This document shows, piece after piece, positions 26,701 to 39,650 of a stretch of DNA of 64,000 nt. The notes below the pieces were generated by a model. The model was not told the DNA's origin, did not search any database, and saw only the letters and a program-made list of their open reading frames with translations. A program made the translations under genes and the position numbers. The stretch spans positions 310,001 through 374,000 of the forward strand of contig JALMLS010000056.1 in the NCBI GenBank assembly GCA_038496445.1. The letters run 5' to 3'. Every line of letters begins with the position of its first letter. The first letter of the stretch is position 1. Source of the stretch: Trichosphaerium sp. ATCC 40318 (Eukaryota; Protista; Tubulinea).

Positions 26701-29278
26701 TGGTTGATAAGTCGTAGGCATATTCCTCGGAGTTGCCATTCGCGCTATCAATGTTGTCTTTCCGCATTTGACAGTACCAATGACAAGCACCTTGCATTTC
26801 AAAGCTATTGTAGTACGTTAGGATTCAGACAACTTCGATTCACGTGCCTGGAACAGAGCGACGCAAGAAGCTACGTCCTTTTGAAATAGTTGGTCTTGGA
26901 GCTGACCTCGTCCCTGCTCCTATAGTCCTGTTCGGTTTTGTCTTCTTACCACGGCTGCCTCTTCGACCTGCGCTTGATCTATTTGGGTCTTTTCTTGAAT
27001 TCGAACGTGTTATTTGTTTTTTTTTAACCGGCGTTGCTTTCCGCTTAGCCTCTTAAAACACGTGTATGTTAGAGACGAATCGTCGCGTGTATTTGCGTTA
27101 CGACTTACTTAGAATGTTACACATAGCCACTGATTTCATATGATCTGCTATGCCTAGTGGGGTGTGGCTATTGCTGTCCACAACATCTGAGGCAGCGCCA
27201 TTATCACAAAATAGTTCTGTCTAACCGTATAAACGAATTATGTGTTTTACGAGCCACGTGCCAGTATTATATTATGAAGCAGTACAGCAAGATGAAGTGG
27301 TGTTACTCCTTGCTTATCAGGCTCATGAACAGAACAATGACCTATTGTGAAAGTGAGAACACGGCTTATATTTTTCGTCGATGCTGATTAGAGCTTTTGG
27401 TGAATATTATTGTTTACCTTGCTTAATGAGGTGTTCAGCTAATCTTGTCCAACCTTTCATAGCTGCCATATGTAGTGGGTATTTAAATTTTTTGTCTACC
27501 ATAGTCGAAAGAGTCTCTGCTTGATTGTAAGAATAGTTGGTAAATATTTCAAAAAATACTACATGCCTTGTTGGTACTCTTGAAGGATACCTTCCTCAGT
27601 CAAGTCCTCTGTTACTGGAGGTCCCCGCAATGCAGCTATCGGCATACTACTCCTTTTCTTACTTGATCTGGATTCTCTGCGCTTTTTCTTACGCGAATAT
27701 AGGTCTACAAATAAGCACGAAATTTCTGTTACCAGAATAATCAACAAATTCGTACATGGGGAGTAATAATATTGTCCTTTCGCTACAACAGTCAGATCTT
27801 CTGTGGTTAGGTGGACATCGATTGAAAACGTTCGTAGAATATACACAAATTTGGCGCTTAGCAGAATTGTAGGAACTAGAAAATCAGTGAGCAACTTAAT
27901 TGTAATGCTGTATTCTCCCAACACTCTACGTACCTGGTACATCAGTCTGAAAAGCATGGCTCTCTCCAGCAAGAGGTGATATATCTGTCTCAAAATTTCC
28001 AAAGAAACACCTCGCTACATTGCTTCTATGAGAACAGTTATTTGTTATGAAAAAAAAAAAATTTCAAAAACATACGCTTTGTCGGTATCCAAGTCCGTTA
28101 TTCTTACAGATACCACTGGTGAGTATTTATAATCTGGACATGGGTGTATTGGTTTCACAACAGCATAAAATGGAGAATGGTCAGGTTGTTTAACTAGAAT
28201 TCTCATAAGTACAAAAATAAAACTTCAACAAAAAAAAGAAATAATTATCTTTCGCACATGATACATGGCTCGTCATCTCTGGTCCAACAAGGTATGCCGC
28301 CACTGGTGGTGGTAATGCAAAATCAACGTAAGTAAGTTTTGTTGAGGTCGATTGTGTAGTAGAAATGTGTAGCTAAATACGAGAAAATTATAAGCACGTG
28401 GGTACGACAAGGATGGTAAAAACCGTGGCTGTAAACTGCCAAAATACTTCGATTCAGGTGAAAAAAAACCAAAATACAAAAGATCCATAGATATCTAGTT
28501 TGTGGCCTTATTTAAAAAAATACAGTACCTGCACGCCAACGTAGTCACCGTTTTCAAATTTTTTGTAGATTTCCAGAGGAGATTTGAGTATTTTCAATTT
28601 TGTTTTTATCACGTGAAAATGAGCATCATTATGAGCTATACATCTTTCTCCAATATCTTCCTCAAATAGTTCGGACTTTTCATAATATCGTAAGAAAGAA
28701 AGACTAAGTGAAGAAAGAAAATCTTACTTGTTTCAGATTGGGTCTCATTGAACTTCCCATAGAACTGCGTACTATCGAAAAATCGATATAATACGCTGAT
28801 GGAACTTTTTTTTGTCCAGCAATTGGGGTGCCCAGCACCTCAGTACACGAATCATTGTGACCTTTTGGAATAGTCACATACAGCGTCCATTAGAGGCGTA
28901 TAGTCGTACCTTTAGGTCCCAAATCAACCGATACTTGTAGCCATTCACCTGCCCGTACACGGTGACTACTAATATCGAAGCTACAACGTATTTAGATACT
29001 GTAAAAAAAGGGAAGTAGATAAATTAAAAAGAAAAAGACAAAAAGCATAAGATTTTACCCTAGGGAAGGAGCCCGTGACATTGAACGTCTATCACGTGTT
29101 TCTAAAGTTTATTAACAGTTTATTAAATGATATAAAACATTTATCGAATGAAACGTACTCCTGATCAACTTGCTGCCTGTAGGAACGTTAGTATAACATT
29201 ACATTATATTTAGCACTTACCATTTGCATTACTATCAAAATAAAGCGTTGCTGAGTTAAAATCCTCAGACCTTGCCAT
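20788..29278 (-). CDS. Large multidomain signalling protein: Ig/IPT-like region, ankyrin repeats, degenerate small-GTPase domain, PH, degenerate RhoGAP, EF-hand/SH2, second SH2, REM and RasGEF (CDC25)
   Basis: Ankyrin: YPLHMAA, GVTPLHLAV. P-loop: GTVKCGKT. PH: HIREGKL...RYCFLFNDL. RhoGAP-like: VFGIPL...VPKIL. SH2: PWFHGFLSRQEA...GTFLVRFS and GTYLIRFSS. REM: FLLTYRSFTTP. CDC25: EFARQLT, SPNLLKMI, PPLIPFLG...SDLVFLHDG, INFAK. I found no intervening stop after splicing, but single-gene status is inferred. Confidence 0.75.
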
Positions 29279-29752
29279 ATTGATACTTTAGTACTCAGTG
29301 GCTTCGCGAGAAAAATACGGGTTATCTTGTGGTTAGCGTCATTTGATTTTGTTGACTAACTTGTCTGAAACCAAAAACATCCGAAATTTCACCTATGCAT
29401 GTATTCGTTGCTCTACACCTTTTGCAACATCCTTCGGACTCAGTCTTAAATACGACACGTAGTTAGAAATGCAGAAGTTCCGTAGTACCTACAACTTTGT
29501 AAAATGGCAAATTTCCACGTGGCTACGAAACGGTTAACCTAGTAGCAACAACAGAGTAGTGCATTATAAGTTGTTTACATTTTTCGTCAACAGTCGACTT
29601 AAAAAAACTGTCTTTTTGTAAGTATTGTGTTTAGTAATTGCGTTGTATCATGACGTCACTGAGTCAATAAAACGGGAATGCACCGGTTCTTTTATGTACA
29701 ATTTTATTCGGCGTTTTGGTACAGTATTTTACATGTTGGCTATCGCAAAGAT

Positions 29753-30484
29753 TTAAGCAGTATGAACCATTACAGGAGCCCAGGCAACTCTTTTATTGTG
29801 TCTTGGCTTTACTCTTTTTTTGAGAGCTACGCGAGGTGCGCGTTGTACGCTCTTGAACTCTTGGTTAGCGGAGCGCCTACGCTTAGATTTGAGGTGAGAG
29901 ATTTTGTCCTCGACCCTGCTATCAATGTGGCTCAGTTCATTGCGAAGCTGCTCTGTCATTGCGCTGTCTAAGTTTAAACCCTAAACGAGGTGTGAGGCGG
30001 TCATGGTTCAAACTTTAAAAAAAAAAGCGGTTAAATTAAAAACGTACAGTAAGTTGGCCAGAACTACTAGCAGCGGTCATACTGGCAACAAAATCATCCG
30101 ACCAAGCGGTCATTGTCTCGAGCTGACGATTTACAGTCTCTTTAATAGGCGTATCCTCACTAAGCGTTCGTGGAGAGTCACATGAAAAACTGGCTAACAG
30201 ATCACCGAGTAGAGTATCTACTTTAGCTTGTCGTTGCATTTTTAGAGCGTGAGCTCGCTTTTGTTTGGAGGGACTGTGATAACGTTAGATTAATCGCATC
30301 AAATTAGTCCGTGCCTGAAGATACGCCTCAATTCATGCTCCCCAGTTGTATTAGAACGCGTAGGAAGTCGCGCTTGTGATTGTGGAGCAGAAAAGTCTGC
30401 TAAACCAGCTAGATCGAGCATGTATCGACTAGGGGCTCGGCCGGTGGATTTTACAGGCGAGGTGGTAAAGAATGTCTCCAGCAT
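29753..30484 (-). CDS. Hypothetical protein, three exons, with coiled coil and basic tail ending KRVAW...
   Basis: ORF-track segments 30299-30550, 30036-30239 and 29753-29959 can be joined by short introns. No domain recognised. Confidence 0.55.
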
Positions 30485-30848
30485 GGCGTACAGCGCGGTA
30501 AATTTGAATGTTGACCAAAACTGCCACTTAAAACGCGACTTAGCTCGCACAAGTAGTAACTACGTGTTGTGGCTGTAGGCGTACTGCGTCCAAACACAGT
30601 ATTTTGCATAAAATCCGTACAACAGACATCATATTGTCATACGTTGTTTCGTCGCATAGTAACGCAACTAGCGCAGGTAAAGGCATAACACTAAGCAGAT
30701 AAAAAAGTCATTGTTTCACAAAAAAAAAAAGCTGAGAAATAACAACTGTTTGTATATTTGTTCGCGAACTTAGTAGCGACACAGGCTGGAGCACCAATAA
30801 AGGTCAACATAGGTATTTGTGGTTTTTATTGAAAATCACACAAAAAGG

Positions 30849-33475
30849 ATGGCATCCTTTCGCATGCGCACTTCGGCGGCTCCAAACAGAGCGCCACCTC
30901 AACCTAGTATGCCGTATTATACCTCAAATCAAAAGTAACAATAAAAAAGGGACTATATCGCTCGGCATACCTCGCGTTCGCCATGAAACGGATGCTGTAA
31001 CTCCAAGGACAAGATTAAAAAATACGAGACCAGCCTATTCGTCTAAAAAAGGTATAGTTGCTCAATAACAAGTAAAATATGACTACTGGTAGTATGCGAA
31101 TTGGCGGTTGGAATAATGCGCTCAATTGGCGAGCTAATCGCTTTGGTGGATAAATGCGTTATTGACGGAACTCTAGTATGGAAGTCTAAAGCTGTGGTAA
31201 GTTTTGCCATAGTTTTACTCTTTTTGATGTTTATTGCTAAAACAAACAATAAGGAAGCTGCAACTCTTAATAGGAATCTCATAACGTATGTCACAGACGA
31301 AAGTAATTTTAGTATCTATGTTGCACCGTCAAATAAGGTAATCATTAGGAAGAGCTTGTACAAATACTCACAAACATTATCTCTGTTTTATCCTAACACG
31401 TTTGACACACCATAGGGCCGTTTATTACTTTTACGTAATTTGGAGCACAAAGCACAATTCCTTGCACGCGATTTAGTACCATTAGTCCGTTCAGCTCAAG
31501 TTTTCTTGCACAGCCGTGGTCAGAATGTTAACGAACGGTAAACAATCACGTCCTAATTGTTGTAAATTATTAATTTTGTGGTTGTAATTTAGGAAGATAA
31601 TGAATGAACGTGTTCTTTGTGTGAGCCAAGATATCAAGTCTGTAATGCTTCTATCACAAAAAATCGAACCAATTACAAAGAAAGAATCGTATTCTGGTCT
31701 TCCAGAGATACCTCTACAGCGAGCACCACGGGCCCCTGAAGCACCTGTACGTTGCATAGTATAGAGTCATACACTCTATGTGCTTACTATGAGTAGCAAC
31801 CAGATGTTCCTGTAGTAGTTGTTGAAAAAACATTTGTTTGTCATTTGACACCTGAAGATTTAGAAAAACACACAAAAGCCGGCATACGCTTGTTTAATGG
31901 AAAGTTCAAAAAGGGGTACTATCTTGAATCTCATTTATTAGAATTAAAGCTAAATAATTGATGTAGTATTGCTTATTTGGTGGATAATGGTGTATTCGTA
32001 AAAGAGCCAAAACGTACGCACTATCTCTCAAAGTTTTTTTGTTGTTGGAGTTTGTCAGCTCTCCACTTACAAGTTATTGATTTAGCAATCGCGGAGTTCT
32101 TACTAAAGAATGCCGAGACGATGTCAAAGGAGGAGGTTGGCGAATACATAAGCGGTCCAGACGATTTTTCTATTTCGATTTTGAAGCATTTTACAAATCA
32201 GCTTGAATTTAATGGTATGTGGTGGATAGCTTTTTTTTTGGATTAGATTTGTATGTCTTATGTGTCACAATTAGGACTTGCGTTTGATCAAGCTTTACGT
32301 AATTATTTGCAACTGTTTATGTTGCCAGGTGAAGCACAAAAAATATCAAGGATTATGGAAGTACGTTGCCATTTTGCAGCGGCAAGGTTATGATATATTT
32401 TTTTTCTCATTTTATTCTTTCACCAGGTATTTTCAGCGCATTATGTTGAACAGAATAGTGATGTATTCCCAGATGCTGATACTGGGTTTATTATTGCATT
32501 TTCGTTGATTATGTTGAATACAGATGCTCATAATCCTTCTATTCCTGATAAGAATAAAATGACTCTAGAACAGTTTGTAAGGAATAATAGGTATGAAGTT
32601 TTGACTTGTACTTAGTTTCTTTTATCAGTTCTTTGTTCTTATTCGTTTTAAAAAAGGGGTACCTGGGCAGGAAAAGACCCTCCAATAGAGATACTTGAAG
32701 AGCTCTATGACAATATTGTCACCAACGAAATTAAGTTTGAGAAAAAGAAAGATAAGGATGCCCCTGATAAGCAGGGTTGGGTTCGCCTGAAAGTCGGTTC
32801 TGATAAATCAGGTAAGTATAAGGCTATTCTATAAACCATGTTGTTTGATATACTTATTTCTTGGCGTAGAAAAACGTTACGCTGTCATTAAGGATGACGA
32901 ACTTACATTTTACAAAAATCCAACAGAGGGTAAAGTACGTACCGTATTCTACTTGTTTGTTGCGTTTTTATATTTCTGACTATTTGCCCAAAAGGGAGAA
33001 GAACCACTTCGTGGTTACATTAAGTTAGAGAGATTGGTTTGTAAGAAGGATCCAACAGATGATAAAAAGTTCTTGATTGCATACCACCTTGGAGGAGAGT
33101 TTGAGTCTCTCATGTTTGGTACGTAGCAAGCCATGTTCGTTTGGTATATTTATGTCTTTGTGTTTTTAGACAGGTCTGAGAAGCGGGTAAAACCTAGATG
33201 GGAGAAGACTATAACCATAATGCTTGAGTCTCCTATAAAGTGTAAGCAGTGGATGGCTGAGGTCACTAGAAATGTGTCATTCCCATCTTTGAGCTCTTCT
33301 CTTACAAAACGCAATCCATCACTTGCAGCTAAACAGAAACAAAGAAGGTTGAGCTCAACTGCAGCGACTTTGAAGGAGAGACCCGAAGGATATGATACAC
33401 TCACAACAAAGTGCGCACTTGGTTTTTTTCTGGTTTTTTTTTAGGTGGTTACTAACATTTGCTAAGGAGACCTGA
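30849..33475 (+). CDS. ARF guanine-nucleotide exchange factor, Sec7 + PH (cytohesin-like)
   Basis: GIRLFNGKFKKG, MSKEEVGEY, glutamate finger LFMLPGEAQKISRIME, AFSLIMLNTDAHNP and MTLEQFVRNNRG. PH domain begins PDKQGWVR...KRYAVIKDDELTFYK. Confidence 0.9.
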
Positions 33476-33699
33476 CAGGCAAGACAACTTCCAGTTCCAT
33501 GCGGGTATACAACATAACCAGTGGATGCAATATCTTGCAAGCACTCAAAGGCAATAATGTGCTTTATGCATCAAAATTGCTATGTAAAAACTCCCTTGTT
33601 ACTTTAAAATACTTGTAAATGCTTAATTACAGCAAAACAATACCAGTTATTAACCCTTTTTTTTTTGTCATCGACAAATCGAATTTTTGACCGCCTACG

Positions 33700-34020
33700 A
33701 TTGTTTACAGCTCAAACGCCACTGGTGGAACTCGTAGTATATTACTTGCGTACCGCACTGGTCAATTAAAAAGCATTGCTACATTGGCCAACGGAAAAAA
33801 AGAAGAAAAGTTGTTTCGTGAGACAGGTCAATTAGATACACAATGTACCTTTTTCGAAGGTAGAAAACGCGCAAGGTGGTGGCATATGAATGTTTCTATG
33901 TGGCCCGTGTTCAAAGGAGAGGAAAATTGGCGGCATGATAACGACCAATTGAGAATGCAGAGGTTTTATGCTAATGGAAGCCAAGAAGGAGAGCCAAAGT
34001 GTTGGCCCACAAAACTATAA
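33700..34020 (+). pseudogene. Decayed MORN-variant repeat fragment
   Basis: Fragments TGQLKSIATLANGKKEEKLFRETGQLDTQCTFFEG and NWRHDNDQLRMQRFYANG resemble the neighbouring 34410 gene. No ATG and no F-box; repeats are irregular. Confidence 0.6.
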
Positions 34021-34409
34021 CCAATAAATAGTAAATAAATTCATTAGTCTTGTGTAAACATCGTTCATGAGCCATGGCATGAGAACAAACAGTAGAGTGA
34101 AAAAGTGCAACTCTGTTTATGACACATAGTATTAAAGGACAACAGACTACCATACACAATTCAGACTTTAAAGAAATCTTTTTCCTTAGCCGAGATTTGC
34201 TGTTTTTATGGGTTGAGGTCTGAGTGGGTCAAACAGCTTCAAGTCTGACTTTAAAGTCCTAAGCAGCAAAGAAGAAAGTCCATATTTTATACAAGTTTGC
34301 CTTTTGAACATAAATACCCATACAACGTGCAGACTTTAATGTTATATTTACCGGGCATACATTAACGAGCGTGTATTTGGTAAATATCACGTGATAATTT
34401 TATTAGTAA

Positions 34410-35096
34410 ATGGAGTGCCTAACAAGCAATGAAAAGAGAGCTACCGAAAAATCACATGTTTGCCATGTATTACTCCTTCCCTACGAGATTCAGCTTGATA
34501 TTATGGATGTAGACGCCTCAGTGTATTCAGCTTGGCCACTTCTTTCAAAACAGACGGCAACGACCACAAGGTTTGATATTGAGATGAAAAAACATGGAAA
34601 ATGGCATAAAAATGGTCAAGTGCGCTGGCAATGCCATTATGTCAATGATAAACATGAAGGAGAGTACAAGAGTTGGTATGATACTGGACACATTTTGTTG
34701 CGGTGTACTTATGTCAATGATAAACGAGCAGGCAAGTTTATGTTGTGGTATAGCAATGAGCAATTAAATATTGAATGCAATTATATCAATGGTACACGCG
34801 AAGGAGAGTACACAGTTTGGTACTTAAATGGCCAAATGAAAGAGCGCAAGTACTATATCAATGGTGAACTTGATGGGAAGTGTAATGAGTGGCATGACAA
34901 CGGCTCACTGAAAGTTCAGTGTAATTATACCAAAGGCGTTTTCACAGGAGTGTACAACAGTTGGTTTAGAAATGGACAGATGAACGCATACTACAATTAT
35001 GTCAATGGTGAATTTGAAGGAGAATACAGAGTTTGGTCTATTGACGGCACATTGGTAGAGCACTACAACTATGTCCAAGGTAAACGATGTAAATAA
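34410..35096 (+). CDS. Intronless F-box-like + MORN-variant (YwqK-like) repeat protein
   Basis: LLLPYEIQLDIM...WPLLSKQ followed by ~24-aa repeats of the form GEYxxWYxNGQLxxxCxYxNG. The 228-aa ORF is uninterrupted. Confidence 0.85.
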   Translation: MECLTSNEKRATEKSHVCHVLLLPYEIQLDIMDVDASVYSAWPLLSKQTATTTRFDIEMKKHGKWHKNGQVRWQCHYVNDKHEGEYKSWYDTGHILLRCTYVNDKRAGKFMLWYSNEQLNIECNYINGTREGEYTVWYLNGQMKERKYYINGELDGKCNEWHDNGSLKVQCNYTKGVFTGVYNSWFRNGQMNAYYNYVNGEFEGEYRVWSIDGTLVEHYNYVQGKRCK

Positions 35097-35418
35097 AACT
35101 TCAAGATCATCTTTTTTTTTTTTGTTTTTGGAAGCAACTTCTTAATTGCACCTAACAAGGCACTCACAAATTCAATGATATAATTGAGATTTAGTTTGCA
35201 ACCAAGTAAAAAAGTACTGTCGTACAAGTGCGACGTAAGAAGTTTCAGCGCATGAAAATACTTTAAGTTGAAAAGCTTCTTGCGACGCAATCACTTAATT
35301 GTATGAAAATTTACAACATCTTACTTTGTTGATTCTCTTTGAAAAATATTGACGTGCGTCCTAAAACATTAGAAATTCCAAAATCAGTTGTACCATCTTA
35401 ATAGCGTAGCTAGCCACG

Positions 35419-38173
35419 ATGATGACTGAACAAGCCGATGATAAGGTTTCTATTACTTTTAAGGACACTCAAAAGCAAGGGATCAAAGGAGAAAAAGGGT
35501 TTTACGTGGTACACTTTATTCTACACTAAAGTAGCGATAAAACGAACCCATTCGTTTTTTGTCCAAAAATTACGCTTGTTTCATGTATTTGTGCTTTACT
35601 CACGAGGGGTAGGAGTACACGTTCCAAGTGACATCACAAACAGAGACGTGCGTACAAAAAATAGACATTGAAATTTCTAATGAAGCTAGTTGGGTTCTCA
35701 CGCGTCGATACAGCGAGTTTGCGTCTCTTAAAGCCTGGGTAAAGGCGTTAAAAAAGAAATTGTAACTGTCAACCTGACACTTCTACAGATTGATGGAACA
35801 TTCCCTGGAACCATAAAACAAGCGTTAGGGACAAAACTAACATTCTGGATGAACGCAGAAAAAGTAGTTGGTTAGAGATTTTCAAAAAAACTAAAAACTC
35901 ATTGTTCAGAAAATAACTCCATCTGTCGCCTAAAATTTATCTTTAGCGCAAAGAATTACGATTCTTTCGCAATTCATGAAGGAGGTAGCAGCATCTCCAC
36001 TTGTTTTGAAGCAATACGAAGTGAGGAATTTCTTGGAGATGGATGTTAATGTAAGTGCCTACAATTACCCTTTTGAACAAAATTTGACATTTATTTAGTT
36101 GCCAGATCCTCATGCTGATAAACCTAAACAAGGTGTACTAAGCATACGCGTTCTTGAAGTCCGCAACTTGACAAAAATGGCAGGAGGTAAATACGCTAAA
36201 CGACTTTAGATTTTTGAAACAAAAAAAATTATCCATTCCAAAACGGTGTCCATTAAAAACAACTTCCCTAGGTTTATACGTAAAATTGAATGTTAGTACT
36301 GCAGTTTCTCAATGGCGTAACAACAATTTAGCAGGTACCTGTAATCCTCGCCTCGATGACATTTAGTTGTTTACTAATTTTTTTAGATCCGTTCCCTCCC
36401 GCTTCTTCAGTGTTCATGAGAACTCTTGTAATTTCAAACAAAACTAGGAATCCTAAGTGGAATGAAGAATTTACACTTGATATTGTAAACAGAAAAATGC
36501 CAGTCAGATTATGCGTTCAGGTTCGGTTATCTTTAACAAAATTCTTTCTATTTTTTGAAAAACTAAAGACATGTGTTTAAGGAAATGCGTGCAGCGTCTA
36601 TAGAGAGATTTCTTGGTGCTGCATCAATTAATCTAATGGAACTTCCAGAAGAAACAAAGATTGACACTTGGCTGCCTTTGTCAGTACGTTACTACCTCTT
36701 GATTAAAACACAAAAAGCGGATCTATTTATACCTCCTTAGAATCAAGCAAGAGGTGAAATTCATGTTGTTATGGAATTTGAACCAAAGACTGTTCATCTG
36801 CGGGCTGCTAAACAGATGTATACACGCACTGATCGCTTCAGAGTGTTCCTAGACACTGATAAATTTTATGCAGGAGAAGTGAGTTTCGAAAAGTTGTATG
36901 TGCACTAGTGTGCTGACTTTAAATTTATTGTAGAAAATCACGGGTGTAGTCAAGCTTAATTTGAATGACAACGATGCTGGAAAAATCAATGGAGTTAACT
37001 TGGAGTTTTGTGGTGAGGAAGTAACACACTGGCGCAGAGCTACGTCTCAAGGACCAGGTAGAAAAACTGAACGATTTATATCTTTTTGCTGTGAAACTAA
37101 ATTTCTTGTTCGTAGACGAACCTACAGTTGAGTCCCAATACTCTGGTTCACATGAATTTGGATTAAAGAATCAAGTAGTTGGTATTGACTCAACTCAACG
37201 ATCTGTAAGTTCTAAATTGTTAACTAAACAAAGCTTACACCTTGTATTTAGAACAAGTACCTGCCTGTTGGTTGTCATAATTGGAAGTTCTCATTTGATG
37301 CACCACTTGACGCACCACCTTCATTCAGTACTGATTTTGGAGGCATTCAATACAAGATATTATCACGTGTCAGGAAACCAGGAGTAAGAAAAAAACTTTC
37401 CAATAAAAAGGCTAAAAGGAAGGATAGATAAAAAAAGCAAAGAAAGTACTAAAGTTTGATATTGCTTCACCTATGATTGACCAAAAAGCTGGAGAAGAGG
37501 CATCAGAGACATTTGTTGATAAAAACGATGGAGGTAAAATAACTATAACGGTACGTCGATAACGGGTGTACAAAATAATACAAAAAAGAAAATACTGACA
37601 TCTTGAAGTCACATGTAGAAAATAGTCTTGTATGTGTTGGAGAATCTCAAGTTGTGCACCTGGTGCGTTGATTGAAGAGTTTACATATAGCATATGTGAC
37701 TAACTAATGTTAGACTATTGTTAATGAATCTAAAAAGCCTGTTGAGTCTATTAAAGTTATTATGACATCAAGAGCTACTTTTAAAGCGTCACATCCTGAT
37801 ACTGAAATTAAAGAACTTCAAGAAAAGAAAACAGAAGTTACAGTTGTTGAACGCACCTTAGAGGAAAAAATGCAACCGGGAGAGACGTAAGAGTTTTACA
37901 TTCAATAGATATAATGGATGTTAATGTTGTGTATAGGTTGGAAAAGTCTGTAACGTTTGATGTACCCAGAACAACTTGTCCAAACGTTAAGAGAAAATTG
38001 GTTTCGACAAATAATTTTTTGAAGATCAAGTGTTCCGTCCCAGGCACGTGTCTTTACAGTTTAGCTTTTTGTTGATAAATACTGCCTTGTGGTTGTATTG
38101 ACTGTTTTCTGTAGATTTTTTGTATGGGACTGTGATTCATAGTATGCCAGTGAAGGTTGGTACAAAGGTTTAG
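35419..38173 (+). CDS. PX-C2-arrestin domain protein
   Basis: PX: WVLTRRYSEFASL...VRNFL. C2: GVLSIRVLEVRNL...TRNPKWNEEF...FLGAASINL...DTWLPL...GEIHV. Arrestin-N: FYAGEKITGVV...GEEVTHW...LPVGCHNWKFSF...PPSF...GGIQY. Arrestin-C: IVNESKKPV. Confidence 0.82.
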
Positions 38174-38581
38174 AGAACTGAAAAGTACCTCTTTTTTTTG
38201 TACTTGCTATTTTGTATCCATAAAAACCCAAAAAAATCAAGCTTTCTTCCTCCGTAAATATATTTTTTGAGGTTTTGACAACTCGAAAAGTAGTACGATA
38301 TGTCAAATACGCGCTACCATGGCTACTAACACGCCTACAAGTCGAGCCTTGACCGCAATCCGCTGAATCACAAAAAATTGTGTTATTTTTTTTTTTGTTT
38401 TAGCCATTTATCTCTTATTATTGTCTTCTGTGTTATTTCAGAAGCTGTGTACAAGATATAGGAATTATGATGTTCTCACAATTAGTAAACGGAGAAATGA
38501 AGTTTCGATTTTCGCCGTTTCATTATTCCCTTACTTTTCTGAGTACCTTTCCCACTTTTATCAAACTTTCTTTTGTTAACA

Positions 38582-39650
38582 ATGAACGGCCACTTCTTAC
38601 TCTTTGCCATTTGTATCGCTGTAATCACTGCCGACGCGGGTGTTCGCGTTATTCACGCTTCCCCTGACGCTCCAGCAGTTGATGTTTTTGTAAATTCAAC
38701 GACTCCAGTACGTCACTACCTTCTTCCATATACCGCCGTCAACGATTAACGAACTAATGTTTGTGTTTTAGACTTTCAGTAACCTCGCTTTTACCGAGAA
38801 CACTGGCGCTTATACGCTCCTACCAGCTAACGTATACAACATAAAAGTGTCTCCAACGGGTGCTACCACTCCTGTAGTGATTAATGCCACGCACGTGATA
38901 AAATAATTCTTTTATGAAATTAACCAGAAATTCTTTTAGTTTGCCTCTAGCAGATGGCGTTTACTACACAATAGCTGCAGCTGGCTTTCTAGCAGATATT
39001 GAGGCGCTAGTATTCGTAGATGAAGTTACCACTAACTCAGTACGTGGACCACGCTGGCAAGAATGTTTGTATTAACACGTTAAAGACGTTAGCAAGTGTT
39101 AGATTCATTCATCTCGCTCCAGATGCGCCAGCAGTCGATGTTGCCGTTCAAAATAGTTCAACCCTCTTTAGTAATGTATCTTTTTCGGAATCTGGCGGTT
39201 ATGTCAGTGTTCCTGAAGGAACATACGACTTGGAAGTGCTTGGTATGTGATACACTGAAAAAAAAAGTTTCCTTCAAATTAACGGTTTTTGAACTAGCTG
39301 CTGGCACTACAACCCAAGTTCTCGCTGTACCTGGTGTGTCATTGATGGCTGGTACCGTGTACACCGTATTCGCAGAGGGAACTCTCAACCAACCAGAATA
39401 TCCTTTACAAGCGGTATTGACTGTTGATGCTGCACCTTCATCTTCTCCTGTCGAACCAGATGATGATGGTAAGAGTCTAGTTACTATTTGTTAGCAGATT
39501 TTTACGATGAACTAATTTTTCTTGTTAGACAACACCAGGCTTATTATTATCATTTGTGTTGCCGTAGGTGCTGTATTGCTCATCATTGTAACAGCTCTTG
39601 TAGCGTACTTTTGTTGTATTAGAAAACGTGGATACGAAAATGTTGCTTAA
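38582..39650 (+). CDS. Type I membrane protein with tandem DUF4397-like domains and a GYxxPhi tail
   Basis: Signal peptide, then VRVIHASPDAPAVDV and VRFIHLAPDAPAVDV repeats, GTVYTVFAEG, TM LIIIICVAVGAVLLIIVTALVAYFCCI, and tail RKRGYENVA*. Confidence 0.85.

Noticed and set aside
2690-34400. Recurrent CACGTG (E-box-like) and TGACTTTAAAG motifs near gene starts
   Set aside because: Many CACGTG copies are explained by GCACGT splice donors or lie in introns, and enrichment cannot be established without counting against background.
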